Part shown: positions 1 through 7,754 of the stretch, piece after piece
Layout: every line of letters begins with the position of its first letter
Numbering within the stretch: position 1 is the stretch's first letter
Source of the DNA: Candidatus Ratteibacteria bacterium
Lineage (GTDB): Bacteria; Ratteibacteria; UBA8468; B48-G9; DTJG01
Assembly: GCA_049971295.1 (NCBI GenBank)
Contig: JBMFLH010000013.1
Coordinates: 1-31,083, forward strand
Length of the DNA stretch: 31,083 bases
Direction of reading: 5' to 3'
Position numbers and translations under genes: made by a program
The notes under the pieces: model-generated
Databases searched by the model: none
Told to the model about the DNA's origin: nothing
The model's input: only the letters and a program-made list of their open reading frames with translations

Positions 1-95
1 CATTACTATATTTTTGACGTCAAATTAGTATTACTTAATTTTTGCAGAGTTACGGGTAATACTCCCAGGCATCAAAACCTTATTTCTATCATCGT

Positions 96-872
96 TTACT
101 TCTGAGTGTAGCCACCGTCCACTAAAATATTTGCTCCAGTAATGTAGGAAGATGCATCAGAGGCAAGAAAAACAACAATTCCTTTAATATCCTCGCCATT
201 TGCCATTCTTCCAAGAAATGTTCGCTTGTTGTATCTTTTAACAAAAATCTCGGGCTGTCCTGAATATAGCCCACCAGGCGAGACGCAATTGACACGGATA
301 TTATACGGTCCAAACTTTGAAGCAAGGTATCGCGTGAGAGAAATTAGCCCTGCTCTATGGAAAAAATAATCAGGCGCAGCACCCATATCTGTTCCCTCAT
401 AAAGAGTGAAATCAGGTCCCACAACACCCTGCATGGAAGAAATATTGACGATTACCCCACTTTTTCTGTTCACCATGTCCTGAACAAAAATTTTTGTCAC
501 ATTCATAATTCCTGTGGCATTGATTTTCATCGAAAGGTCAAAGGCATCAATCGGGTCCTCATAGTGTTTCATCGGTCTTAAAACAGCATTGTTCACCAGA
601 ATATCAATTTTGCCCTGCTCTTTCAGAATTTTTTCATACAGAGTAATGATACTTTCAGTACTTCCCATGTCCAGGTATCCAGAAAACACTGAATAATTTT
701 GTTTACGCAACTCTGAAGCCAGATTTTCGCAATTTTCTATATTTCTTGAAACAACATAAACAGTTGCCTCTGCCTCTGCAAGCCCCTCAACAATGAATCG
801 TCCGTATTTTCCTGCGCCTCCTGTTACCAATGCGACTCTATCTGTTAAGCGAAACTTATCAAGAATGCCCAT
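96..872 (-). CDS. SDR family NAD(P)-dependent oxidoreductase
   Basis: TGGAGKYG Rossmann motif, NNA, NISS, IRVNCVSPGG, ITGANILVDGG. Catalytic motif reads YxxxR (YFFHR). AAGGAG RBS precedes ATG 872; GTG 875 is an alternative start. Confidence 0.93.
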   Translation of the reverse strand: MGILDKFRLTDRVALVTGGAGKYGRFIVEGLAEAEATVYVVSRNIENCENLASELRKQNYSVFSGYLDMGSTESIITLYEKILKEQGKIDILVNNAVLRPMKHYEDPIDAFDLSMKINATGIMNVTKIFVQDMVNRKSGVIVNISSMQGVVGPDFTLYEGTDMGAAPDYFFHRAGLISLTRYLASKFGPYNIRVNCVSPGGLYSGQPEIFVKRYNKRTFLGRMANGEDIKGIVVFLASDASSYITGANILVDGGYTQK

Positions 873-894
873 CACGTCTCCTTTGTTAGCTGAT

Positions 895-2211
895 TTATCT
901 CACCAATCTTTTGAATCCTGGATTTGCAACTTTTCCTTTTATCAGTTTATCAACATTTCCTTTTTTCAATGCGTTAGCAATCAATGAAAACACATTGTTC
1001 ACTGCACAAAGATATTTTTCAACTTCTTTTTCTTTGTGCGCATAGGATACATAAACAGATTTCCAAGCAAGATAGCCGTGTTTCAGTATTTCTCTGGTGA
1101 AAAGAGTCTGCAATGATAATGCCTCACTATAATCAAAGGTGAAACTTGCAAGAGGAGGAATCCCATAAATTTTGATTTTCACATGATTCTGTTTTGCAAT
1201 CTCATTCCAGCCATCCATAATCTTTTTACCGATTTTCACCAGCTGTGCTGGAACATTTTCCTTTTTCATTTTCTTAATTGTTGCAATTGCTGCGACAGGT
1301 CCGATTCTTTCTGTCCAGTAGGAACTGCTGATAAAACTTTCCTCAGCCATTTTCATAATCTTATGTTTCCCGACAATTGCAGCCATAGGGAAGCCATTGT
1401 TGATTGCCTTTGCGTAAACCGCAATATCTGGCTGAACTCCAAGGATTTCATGAATACCACCGACATTCATTCTGAAACCGCTGGTAATTTCATCAAAAAT
1501 TAACACTGCTCCATTGTTTTTTGCGATTTCTTTGACCTTTTGCAAAAAATTGTTTTCAGGCCAGGTGCTTCTCATTGGTTCCATTATGATTGCTGCAAGT
1601 TTGTTGTTGCTTGCGATTGCGGAAATCTCGTCTATGTTATTGTATGAAAATGGTATTGCTGTTTTTTTCAAACATCTTGGCACACCTTTTGGTTCAAGCC
1701 CTGGTAGGATGTGGCCATCAAGGTTTGATGCATCTGCAAGATTTGCTGAAATATACCAGTCATGCCATCCATGATATCCACAGAATGCAATGATATCTCT
1801 TCCTGTATAAGCGCGAGCTATCCTGACAGCAACTGCCATCGCCTCTCCACCTGTGCGGGCAAATCTTACCATACCAGCCCATGGATGCATTTTTAGAAGC
1901 ATTGTTGCAAGTTCAATGTCTTCAGGACAATTGCAACTTGTCATTGAACCGTGTCTCACAGCATTGATAACCGCCCTGTTAACGTCATCGTCAGAGTAGC
2001 CAAGTACGCATGCGCCAATGCCAAATATTGAAAAATCTTTGAAACAATTTCCATCTAAATCCCATACTTTTATTCCTTTTGCTTTTGAGAAGTAAGACGG
2101 CCAGAGTCCCGGAGCAAACAATTCAGCATACTTTGAACGAAGATTTGTCCCGCCCGGGATAATTTTTTTTGCCTTCTGCCATAATGCTGGTCCTTTTTTT
2201 ATCCTGATCAC
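895..2211 (-). CDS. Class III PLP aminotransferase (glutamate-1-semialdehyde aminomutase-like, glycan-locus subtype)
   Basis: IPGG, WDLDGN, RFARTGGEA, GYHGWHDW, LIFDEITSGFR, PLP lysine in AVYAKAINNG. AGGAGG RBS before GTG. Confidence 0.92.
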   Translation of the reverse strand: MIRIKKGPALWQKAKKIIPGGTNLRSKYAELFAPGLWPSYFSKAKGIKVWDLDGNCFKDFSIFGIGACVLGYSDDDVNRAVINAVRHGSMTSCNCPEDIELATMLLKMHPWAGMVRFARTGGEAMAVAVRIARAYTGRDIIAFCGYHGWHDWYISANLADASNLDGHILPGLEPKGVPRCLKKTAIPFSYNNIDEISAIASNNKLAAIIMEPMRSTWPENNFLQKVKEIAKNNGAVLIFDEITSGFRMNVGGIHEILGVQPDIAVYAKAINNGFPMAAIVGKHKIMKMAEESFISSSYWTERIGPVAAIATIKKMKKENVPAQLVKIGKKIMDGWNEIAKQNHVKIKIYGIPPLASFTFDYSEALSLQTLFTREILKHGYLAWKSVYVSYAHKEKEVEKYLCAVNNVFSLIANALKKGNVDKLIKGKVANPGFKRLVR

Positions 2212-3241
2212 ATAACCTCCTTTTGTTTACCCTATCAATGATTTCGATAGCATTTTGATAAAGAACTTTGTCAACGTCTTTTTGTTTTATATCATTCACC
2301 TTTATCGCATGGCACATTGACCAGAGTTGCTCATACAACAGCAATGCTGGACTGACTGGAAAACTTGCTGTAATGGAGTGAGTCTCTTGGGTGATAAATG
2401 CCCAGTCATAACCAAACTTTACGCATCTTCCCCTATAAAAACACACAGGAGCATCACTTCCAAAAAGAATCTGCCCTGGTCCAAATTCAGAAAATAGAAT
2501 CACAAAAACCTCTCTGTCTGTAACTGCTGATGTGTCGAAAAATACCTGTTTACCTCTCAACTGAGACAAAGAATTAATAGATTTTTCAAGGTTTTGGGGT
2601 ATATAAGATCGTCCACAATGTGCAAGATTCCAGATTACATGAGGGTATTTTTCAACAAAATACAAAAGTTGTTCAAGATTTACAGGGTCACAAATCCCCT
2701 TTTTCTTTGAAAGGTGCAGAGTAATTATCAGTCCATAGTCATTTGCAATTTCAATCTGTTGTTCTGGTAGAAAATCAGAAATTCCTGCATCTTCAGGATC
2801 AGCATTAATTGAAAAACATTTATAGGGCTTAAAACCAAGACACCGTTTTTCTGATTTCAGAAGATTCTCAAGGTATTTTTCGTCCAGTGTGGGACTTACA
2901 AGCGCGAGAAAATAAAAATTATATTTTTCTGCCGCTTTTGCAAGATATTGGTTCTGTTGCAAAACAAGAGAAGAAGACACTGGGTAGCCAGTAAACAAAA
3001 ATTCAACAGTTCTTTCAGGGAAAAGATGGCAGAGTTTTTCTATAATCGCGCCAGCAGAACAATTACCAAAAATTTTCAAAGAATCAGGAATTCCGCCAGA
3101 GAAGGATTTTGACGTAAAAGTATGAAGGTGAAAATCAAAAATTTTCGCGGGAAGGAAAGCTTGAATTTCCTCATTCCATATTTTTTCATCTACGCTTTTT
3201 ATCTCTACTTTCGTATTGAATTTTGTTCTTCTGTTGGATAT
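2123..3241 (-). CDS. Amidohydrolase family protein (start uncertain; possibly damaged)
   Basis: The frame stays open upstream of TTG 3079 to 3253 and encodes DEKIWNEEIQAFLPAKIFDFHLH (metal-binding HxH). Downstream motifs GFKPY, TLHL, LAHCGR, FDTS, LFGSDAP. No ATG/GTG/TTG lies upstream of the HxH. The 3' end overlaps the next gene by 89 nt. Confidence 0.8.
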   Translation of the reverse strand: MSNRRTKFNTKVEIKSVDEKIWNEEIQAFLPAKIFDFHLHTFTSKSFSGGIPDSLKIFGNCSAGAIIEKLCHLFPERTVEFLFTGYPVSSSLVLQQNQYLAKAAEKYNFYFLALVSPTLDEKYLENLLKSEKRCLGFKPYKCFSINADPEDAGISDFLPEQQIEIANDYGLIITLHLSKKKGICDPVNLEQLLYFVEKYPHVIWNLAHCGRSYIPQNLEKSINSLSQLRGKQVFFDTSAVTDREVFVILFSEFGPGQILFGSDAPVCFYRGRCVKFGYDWAFITQETHSITASFPVSPALLLYEQLWSMCHAIKVNDIKQKDVDKVLYQNAIEIIDRVNKRRLCDQDKKRTSIMAEGKKNYPGRDKSSFKVC

Positions 3242-3242
3242 T

Positions 3243-3272
3243 ATTTTACTTCTTTATAATTGCTTTGGTCAA
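3243..3272 (-). promoter_or_regulatory. Putative sigma70 promoter for the amidohydrolase-aminotransferase-SDR operon
   Basis: TTGACC-N18-TAAAAT on the minus strand. Confidence 0.5.
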
Positions 3273-3294
3273 GTAAAAATTTTTCTGGCAATTG

Positions 3295-3324
3295 TTGACA
3301 TATGACTTTTTACAAAGGTATAAT
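3295..3324 (+). promoter_or_regulatory. Consensus sigma70 promoter
   Basis: TTGACA(3295-3300)-N18-TATAAT(3319-3324), followed by a GGAGGTG RBS at 3331. Confidence 0.75.
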
Positions 3325-3343
3325 ACCCTCGGAGGTGATGCCT

Positions 3344-3478
3344 ATGCAAAAACAGAAACATAGCAGTCATCCCCGCCCGCCAAAGTATCTGTCAAAGATT
3401 TCATCAGTGATGGGCAATGTTGCCTACGCTCATCAGCGGTTGTTTTTCAGACGTCTTGAATCAAGGAAAGGAAGGTGA
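3344..3478 (+). CDS. Small basic 44-aa ORF, possible leader peptide (MQKQKHSSHPRPPKYLSKISSVMGNVAYAHQRLFFRRLESRKGR)
   Basis: Perfect SD GGAGGTG and a consensus promoter directly upstream. The TGA stop lies 5 nt before the GYD ATG and overlaps its alternative GTG start. Not in the ORF track. Confidence 0.6.
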   Translation: MQKQKHSSHPRPPKYLSKISSVMGNVAYAHQRLFFRRLESRKGR

Positions 3479-3483
3479 TAAAA

Positions 3484-3768
3484 ATGCCAGTGTACATTAT
3501 GCTCAGTACCCTAACCCCTCAGGGAGCAAACACGATCAAGAATAACCCGGAGAGAATTAAAGAAGTCAATAAAGAAGTAGAGCGGATGGGCGGTAAAATT
3601 GTTTCCCAGTATGCAGTGCTTGGACCATATGATTTCATTACCATCATTGAAGCGCCTGATAATGATACAGTGACAAAAATTTCACTTGAAATAGGCGCAA
3701 GGGGAAGTGTGAAAATTCTCACTCTTGCCGCAGTTAGAATTGATGATTTCATAAAAAGCATAAAGTAA
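3484..3768 (+). CDS. GYD domain-containing protein
   Basis: MPVYIMLSTLTPQG...GPYDFITIIEAPD...GSVKILTL, about 94 aa. AAGGTG SD precedes ATG 3484. Confidence 0.9.
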   Translation: MPVYIMLSTLTPQGANTIKNNPERIKEVNKEVERMGGKIVSQYAVLGPYDFITIIEAPDNDTVTKISLEIGARGSVKILTLAAVRIDDFIKSIK

Positions 3769-3826
3769 AAAATCAGATAATAGGCGACCTGGTTTTATAG
3801 ATTTGTCAGTCAAAATTCAGGCACTA

Positions 3827-4140
3827 CTAAAAATTTTCTATTTTTGACTGAAAAGTGTATGTATTGAAAGCGAAAAACCTGCTCATCTTTAATGCGCCAG
3901 TTTTCCAGAATAAGCACCCTGAAGATAAACTTGTTTTCCACCTATCACTGCATAATAATTTGATTTCTTTTTCCTTGATTGACGTATCTATCCAGAGGCC
4001 AGATACAGTAACTTTTTGCAGCAATTTTGTTTCATATCCAGATGTAAATGCCGCCCTGCACAATTCATCATTACCCATGCCATCAAATCTCCATTGGCTT
4101 CTTTTTTCTCACCAAATAATATCTGATTTTTGAATCCACT
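3827..4140 (-). pseudogene. Degraded gene remnant, possibly a glycoside hydrolase sugar-binding domain
   Basis: Reads WIQKSDIIW*EKRSQWRFDGMGNDE...KVTVSGLW with an internal stop, loosely like the GH2 N-terminal WxF...VPGxW pattern. No RBS. Confidence 0.3.
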
Positions 4141-4178
4141 TATCTTAGAATATAATAAAACGTTAAAAAGGAGGGTTT

Positions 4179-5066
4179 ATGAAAATTCCGTGGAAATGGG
4201 CAATCTGTCCTGACCCATTGATTTACAGCAAAGAGGAAATAGTAAAAATTTGCAGGTATACAGGGGTAAAGTACGTGGAGTTGAATTACAATTACACGGC
4301 TGAAAAGACAGAAAAAGAAATCATTGAAATAAAGAAATTTTTCAAAAATGCCGGCATCAATTCTTATACCTTCCACCTTCCATTTACCCAGGAGGACGAC
4401 ATTGCCTGTTTTTACGAAACAATCCGTAATAAAGCAATGAAGAGGTTAGCGTGTGATATGGAAAAGGCATCAATGTTGGGTTGCAAGGTCGTCATTTTAC
4501 ATCCGACGACAAATCATTTTGACGTCTGTACCGAAGGATTTGATAGATATCTGCTACAGATGGAAAAAAGTTTGAAGGAACTGATAACAGTTGCAGAAAA
4601 ATTGAAACTTATTATTGCGATTGAAAACATGCCAAAAGTGCCCTCTGGAGAAAGGTTTGGCTCAAGAATTGAGCATTTTCAAATTTTCTCAAAAACATTT
4701 CATTGCAGGCATTTTGGTTTTTGCCTTGACACAGGCCATGCCAATATTGCATATGGGCCTGAAGGTCCTGCTGAATTTTTTGAGTTACTGAAAGAACACA
4801 TTGTTTCCTTCCATATTCAGGATAATCCAGGTGACAGAGACCTTCACATTCAACCTGGAAAAGGACTTGTAAACTGGAAAAGTTTTTTCGATAAGATTTC
4901 ACGATCTAATCTTTCATTTCCTCTTACCATTGAAGCATTGCCGTTTGCTCGTGCAGATTGTTATAAATACAGTTTTGAGGCATGGGAAAATATGATTAAA
5001 GAAATCAATAAAATTGTTGTGGAATCGTTTGAAAGCAGAATTGAAATAAATAGCAAAATCGGATAA
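4179..5066 (+). CDS. Sugar phosphate isomerase/epimerase (xylose isomerase-like TIM barrel)
   Basis: FHLPF, AIENM, LDTGHA, FHIQDN, DLH, TIE metal-ligand motifs. AAGGAGG RBS; TATAAT at 4151. Confidence 0.9.
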   Translation: MKIPWKWAICPDPLIYSKEEIVKICRYTGVKYVELNYNYTAEKTEKEIIEIKKFFKNAGINSYTFHLPFTQEDDIACFYETIRNKAMKRLACDMEKASMLGCKVVILHPTTNHFDVCTEGFDRYLLQMEKSLKELITVAEKLKLIIAIENMPKVPSGERFGSRIEHFQIFSKTFHCRHFGFCLDTGHANIAYGPEGPAEFFELLKEHIVSFHIQDNPGDRDLHIQPGKGLVNWKSFFDKISRSNLSFPLTIEALPFARADCYKYSFEAWENMIKEINKIVVESFESRIEINSKIG

Positions 5067-5069
5067 AAT
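5041..5069 (+). promoter_or_regulatory. Putative sigma70 promoter giving a leaderless transcript of the Fe-ADH gene
   Basis: TTGAAA-N17-TAAAAT-N7-ATG(5077), with no SD before the ATG. Confidence 0.6.
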
Positions 5070-5076
5070 CTAAACC

Positions 5077-6210
5077 ATGAAATTTAAATTTGTTTGTAGC
5101 CCTGAAGTAATTTCTGGAAAGGGAAGTTTTGAAACACTGGGAGAAGTAGTTAGAAATCTTAGTGGTAAAAATGCTTTTGTTGTGATTGACCAGGCACTTT
5201 CAAAAACTCCCCTGAGAGAAAAAACAGAAAAAACCCTTGAGATACATGGTATTCAGTGCGTCATATTTGATAAAATTTCTTCAGAGCCAACCACAGATAC
5301 TGGAAATGAGGCATGTGCGCTGGCAAGAAAACACAATTGCGACATCACCATAGGTATAGGTGGTGGTAGCAGTCTTGATACTGCCAAGGCAGTTGCCGGG
5401 CTGATAAAAAATCCTGGTACTATTGAAGATTATCAGGGAATAGACAAACTGCAATTCCCGTCTGTTCCGAAAATTATGGTGCCAACAACTGCTGGTACTG
5501 GAAGTGAAGTAACGTTTACTGCTGTATTCATCAGAGCCAGAGAAAAGAAAAAGGCAGGAATTAACAGCAAATATTTATATCCTGAAGCAGCGATTCTTGA
5601 TGCGTTGTTAACATTGAGTTTGCCACCGTCTATCACTGCTTCCACTGGAATGGATGCCTTCTGTCACGCTATTGAAAGTTATCTCTCAAAAAAAGCAAGT
5701 TTTTTATCAAAATCCGTTTCAATGGAAGCAATGAAATTGATATGGAAAAATTTACCTGTTGCATTTTTAGATGGAAACAATGTTGAAGCAAGGGAAAATA
5801 TGTTATATGCGAGCTTTCTCGCAGGCGTTGGCCTTGCCAATGCTGGGGTAACTGCGGTTCATTCTCTTTCATATCCACTTGGTGGACTTTTTGGTGTTCC
5901 ACATGGGGTGGGAAATGCAGTGCTGCTACCATTTGTGCTTGAATCGAGTTTGCCACATACAAAATATGCAATTGAAGAAATTGCCCAATCATTAACAGGC
6001 GAAAGAATAAATGCAGTGGACTTTATACACAAATTGAAAAATTTTGAAAAATCAATCGGTATACCAGAAAGCTTAAAAACTCTCAATATTCCCGAAGATT
6101 CAATACCTGCGCTTATCGAAGGAGCGATGCAGGTAAAGGTGCCTCTTGAAAATCATCCAGTACCATTGATAGAAAAGGATGTACAGCGTATTTATCAATC
6201 TGCCTTTTAA
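5077..6210 (+). CDS. Iron-containing alcohol dehydrogenase (KdnB-like)
   Basis: GIGGGSSLDTAK, PTTAGTGSE, GMDAFCHAIE, HSLSY...PHG metal ligands. Directly upstream of a KdnA-like aminotransferase. Confidence 0.92.
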   Translation: MKFKFVCSPEVISGKGSFETLGEVVRNLSGKNAFVVIDQALSKTPLREKTEKTLEIHGIQCVIFDKISSEPTTDTGNEACALARKHNCDITIGIGGGSSLDTAKAVAGLIKNPGTIEDYQGIDKLQFPSVPKIMVPTTAGTGSEVTFTAVFIRAREKKKAGINSKYLYPEAAILDALLTLSLPPSITASTGMDAFCHAIESYLSKKASFLSKSVSMEAMKLIWKNLPVAFLDGNNVEARENMLYASFLAGVGLANAGVTAVHSLSYPLGGLFGVPHGVGNAVLLPFVLESSLPHTKYAIEEIAQSLTGERINAVDFIHKLKNFEKSIGIPESLKTLNIPEDSIPALIEGAMQVKVPLENHPVPLIEKDVQRIYQSAF

Positions 6211-6227
6211 TTCAAAAGGAGTTCAAA

Positions 6228-7346
6228 ATGCCAGGAAGAGAAGTTTTTGGACTGGAAGAACTTGACCAGGTCAGTGAAGTTTTGAAAACAGGAGTTCTTT
6301 TCAGATATGGATTTGACGCACAGCGAAATGGAGTATTTAAGGTTGCTCAATTTGAAAAAGAATTTGCTGAATTTGTTGGCTCAAAATATGCCCTTGGAGT
6401 GAGTTCTGGCACAGCGGCATTGAAAACCGCCCTTGAAGGAATGAATTTGCAGAAGAAAACAGAAGTGCTGACACCCTGCTTTACCTTTGTTGCAACCATT
6501 GAGTCAATTGAAGAAGCAGGATTAAAACCTGTGCTATGCGAAATAGATGAAAGCCTGAATATTTCGCCTGAGGACCTGGAAGCAGGCATTACCAAAAAGA
6601 CATCTGCGATACTTCCTGTTCACATGATGGGAAGCAGTTGTGACATGGAAAAAATCGAAGAAATTGCAAAAAGTAATCACCTGGCTCTTGTGGAGGATGC
6701 ATGCCAGGCAACAGGAGCAAGTTATAGAGGAAAAAAACTTGGAACATTCGGCAATTATGGATGTTTCAGTTTTGACTATGTAAAGGTTCTGACAACCGGT
6801 GAAGGTGGAATGGTGGTAACTGATGATGAAAACCTTTACAGACAGGCAGATTGGTACCACGACCACGGACATCCTCATAGAACAGACATTCCAAGAGGCG
6901 TGGAAGAAAGAATGAGAAAAGGAACCAATTTCAGGATGAATGAAGTTCAGGGCGCTCTTGGCATTGCTCAACTTCGAAAACTCCCATCAATCATTGAATC
7001 GCATAAATCAAACAAATCCATCATTAAAGAAGCGCTGTCAAAATATGATTTCATTTCGTTCAGAAGGCATAATGACGAAAACGGAGAAATCGCAACATTT
7101 CTTGCTTTCTTTTTCCCTGACGTAAAAATGGCTGAAAAATTCAAAGAAAAAATGCGGGAAAATGGAATAAATCCAGGCATTTTAAATTACTGGCATTTCT
7201 TTGCCAACATCCAGAGCGTGAAAGCAAGAAGGTCCTTTACAAAAAGCAGGAAAATTCTTGAAAAAACTGTGGTCATTGAGATATTGATAAAGATGGACGC
7301 TTTAAAAATTGCTGATACCCTGGACAAAATCTGCAAACAATTTTAG
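6228..7346 (+). CDS. kdnA: DegT/DnrJ/EryC1/StrS aminotransferase, KdnA-like (8-amino-Kdo transaminase)
   Basis: MPGxExFGxEE...FRYxFDxxRN N-terminus, SSGTAAL, EDACQA, SFDYVK (PLP Lys), DHGHxH and NFR match my recollection of Shewanella KdnA. AAGGAG RBS. Confidence 0.85.
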   Translation: MPGREVFGLEELDQVSEVLKTGVLFRYGFDAQRNGVFKVAQFEKEFAEFVGSKYALGVSSGTAALKTALEGMNLQKKTEVLTPCFTFVATIESIEEAGLKPVLCEIDESLNISPEDLEAGITKKTSAILPVHMMGSSCDMEKIEEIAKSNHLALVEDACQATGASYRGKKLGTFGNYGCFSFDYVKVLTTGEGGMVVTDDENLYRQADWYHDHGHPHRTDIPRGVEERMRKGTNFRMNEVQGALGIAQLRKLPSIIESHKSNKSIIKEALSKYDFISFRRHNDENGEIATFLAFFFPDVKMAEKFKEKMRENGINPGILNYWHFFANIQSVKARRSFTKSRKILEKTVVIEILIKMDALKIADTLDKICKQF

Positions 7347-7352
7347 TTTTTT

Positions 7353-7685
7353 ATGGGCAAATACCTTGTGGTTTTTACCACATTTCCTGACAGGCGCACT
7401 GCTGAGAAAATTTGTGAAATGCTGGTCAAAGAAAAGCTTGCTGCCTGCTGTCAGATTATTTCTGATATAAAAAGCATTTACTGGTGGAAAAACAAACTTG
7501 AAAAATCAAAGGAGTGCCTGGTGCTAATAAAAACAGAAAAATCTCTACTGCAGCAGTTGACAAAGGCAATTCTATCAAATCACCCGTATCAAATTCCTGA
7601 AATAGTATCTTTTGAAATCACCTACATTGAGAAAAAGTACCGTTTATGGATGGATGAAATACTGATTAAGCCAAAAAAGTTATGA
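7353..7685 (+). CDS. cutA: Divalent-cation tolerance protein CutA
   Basis: LVKEKLAAC, SIYWWK, E-x-LVLIKT, HPYQIPEI. Confidence 0.95.
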   Translation: MGKYLVVFTTFPDRRTAEKICEMLVKEKLAACCQIISDIKSIYWWKNKLEKSKECLVLIKTEKSLLQQLTKAILSNHPYQIPEIVSFEITYIEKKYRLWMDEILIKPKKL

Positions 7686-7754
7686 AATTAAGATCAGGGT
7701 AATAAGTACATGAGAGAGGATAAAAAATAGAAAAATAACCAAACAGGGGAAAAG

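Noticed and set aside
13..24. Palindrome TTTGACGTCAAA at the window start
   Set aside because: It can be explained as a -35-like TTGACG element for a gene beyond the window edge. The context is truncated, so it cannot be evaluated.
895..2211. Calling the aminotransferase hemL, and the URO-D-like genes hemE
   Set aside because: There is no tetrapyrrole gene context, and the motifs fit other subfamilies.
7682..7754. Tiny ORFs after cutA (MKLRSG*, MREDKK*), possibly a relic of a deleted gene
   Set aside because: Too short to support any assignment.
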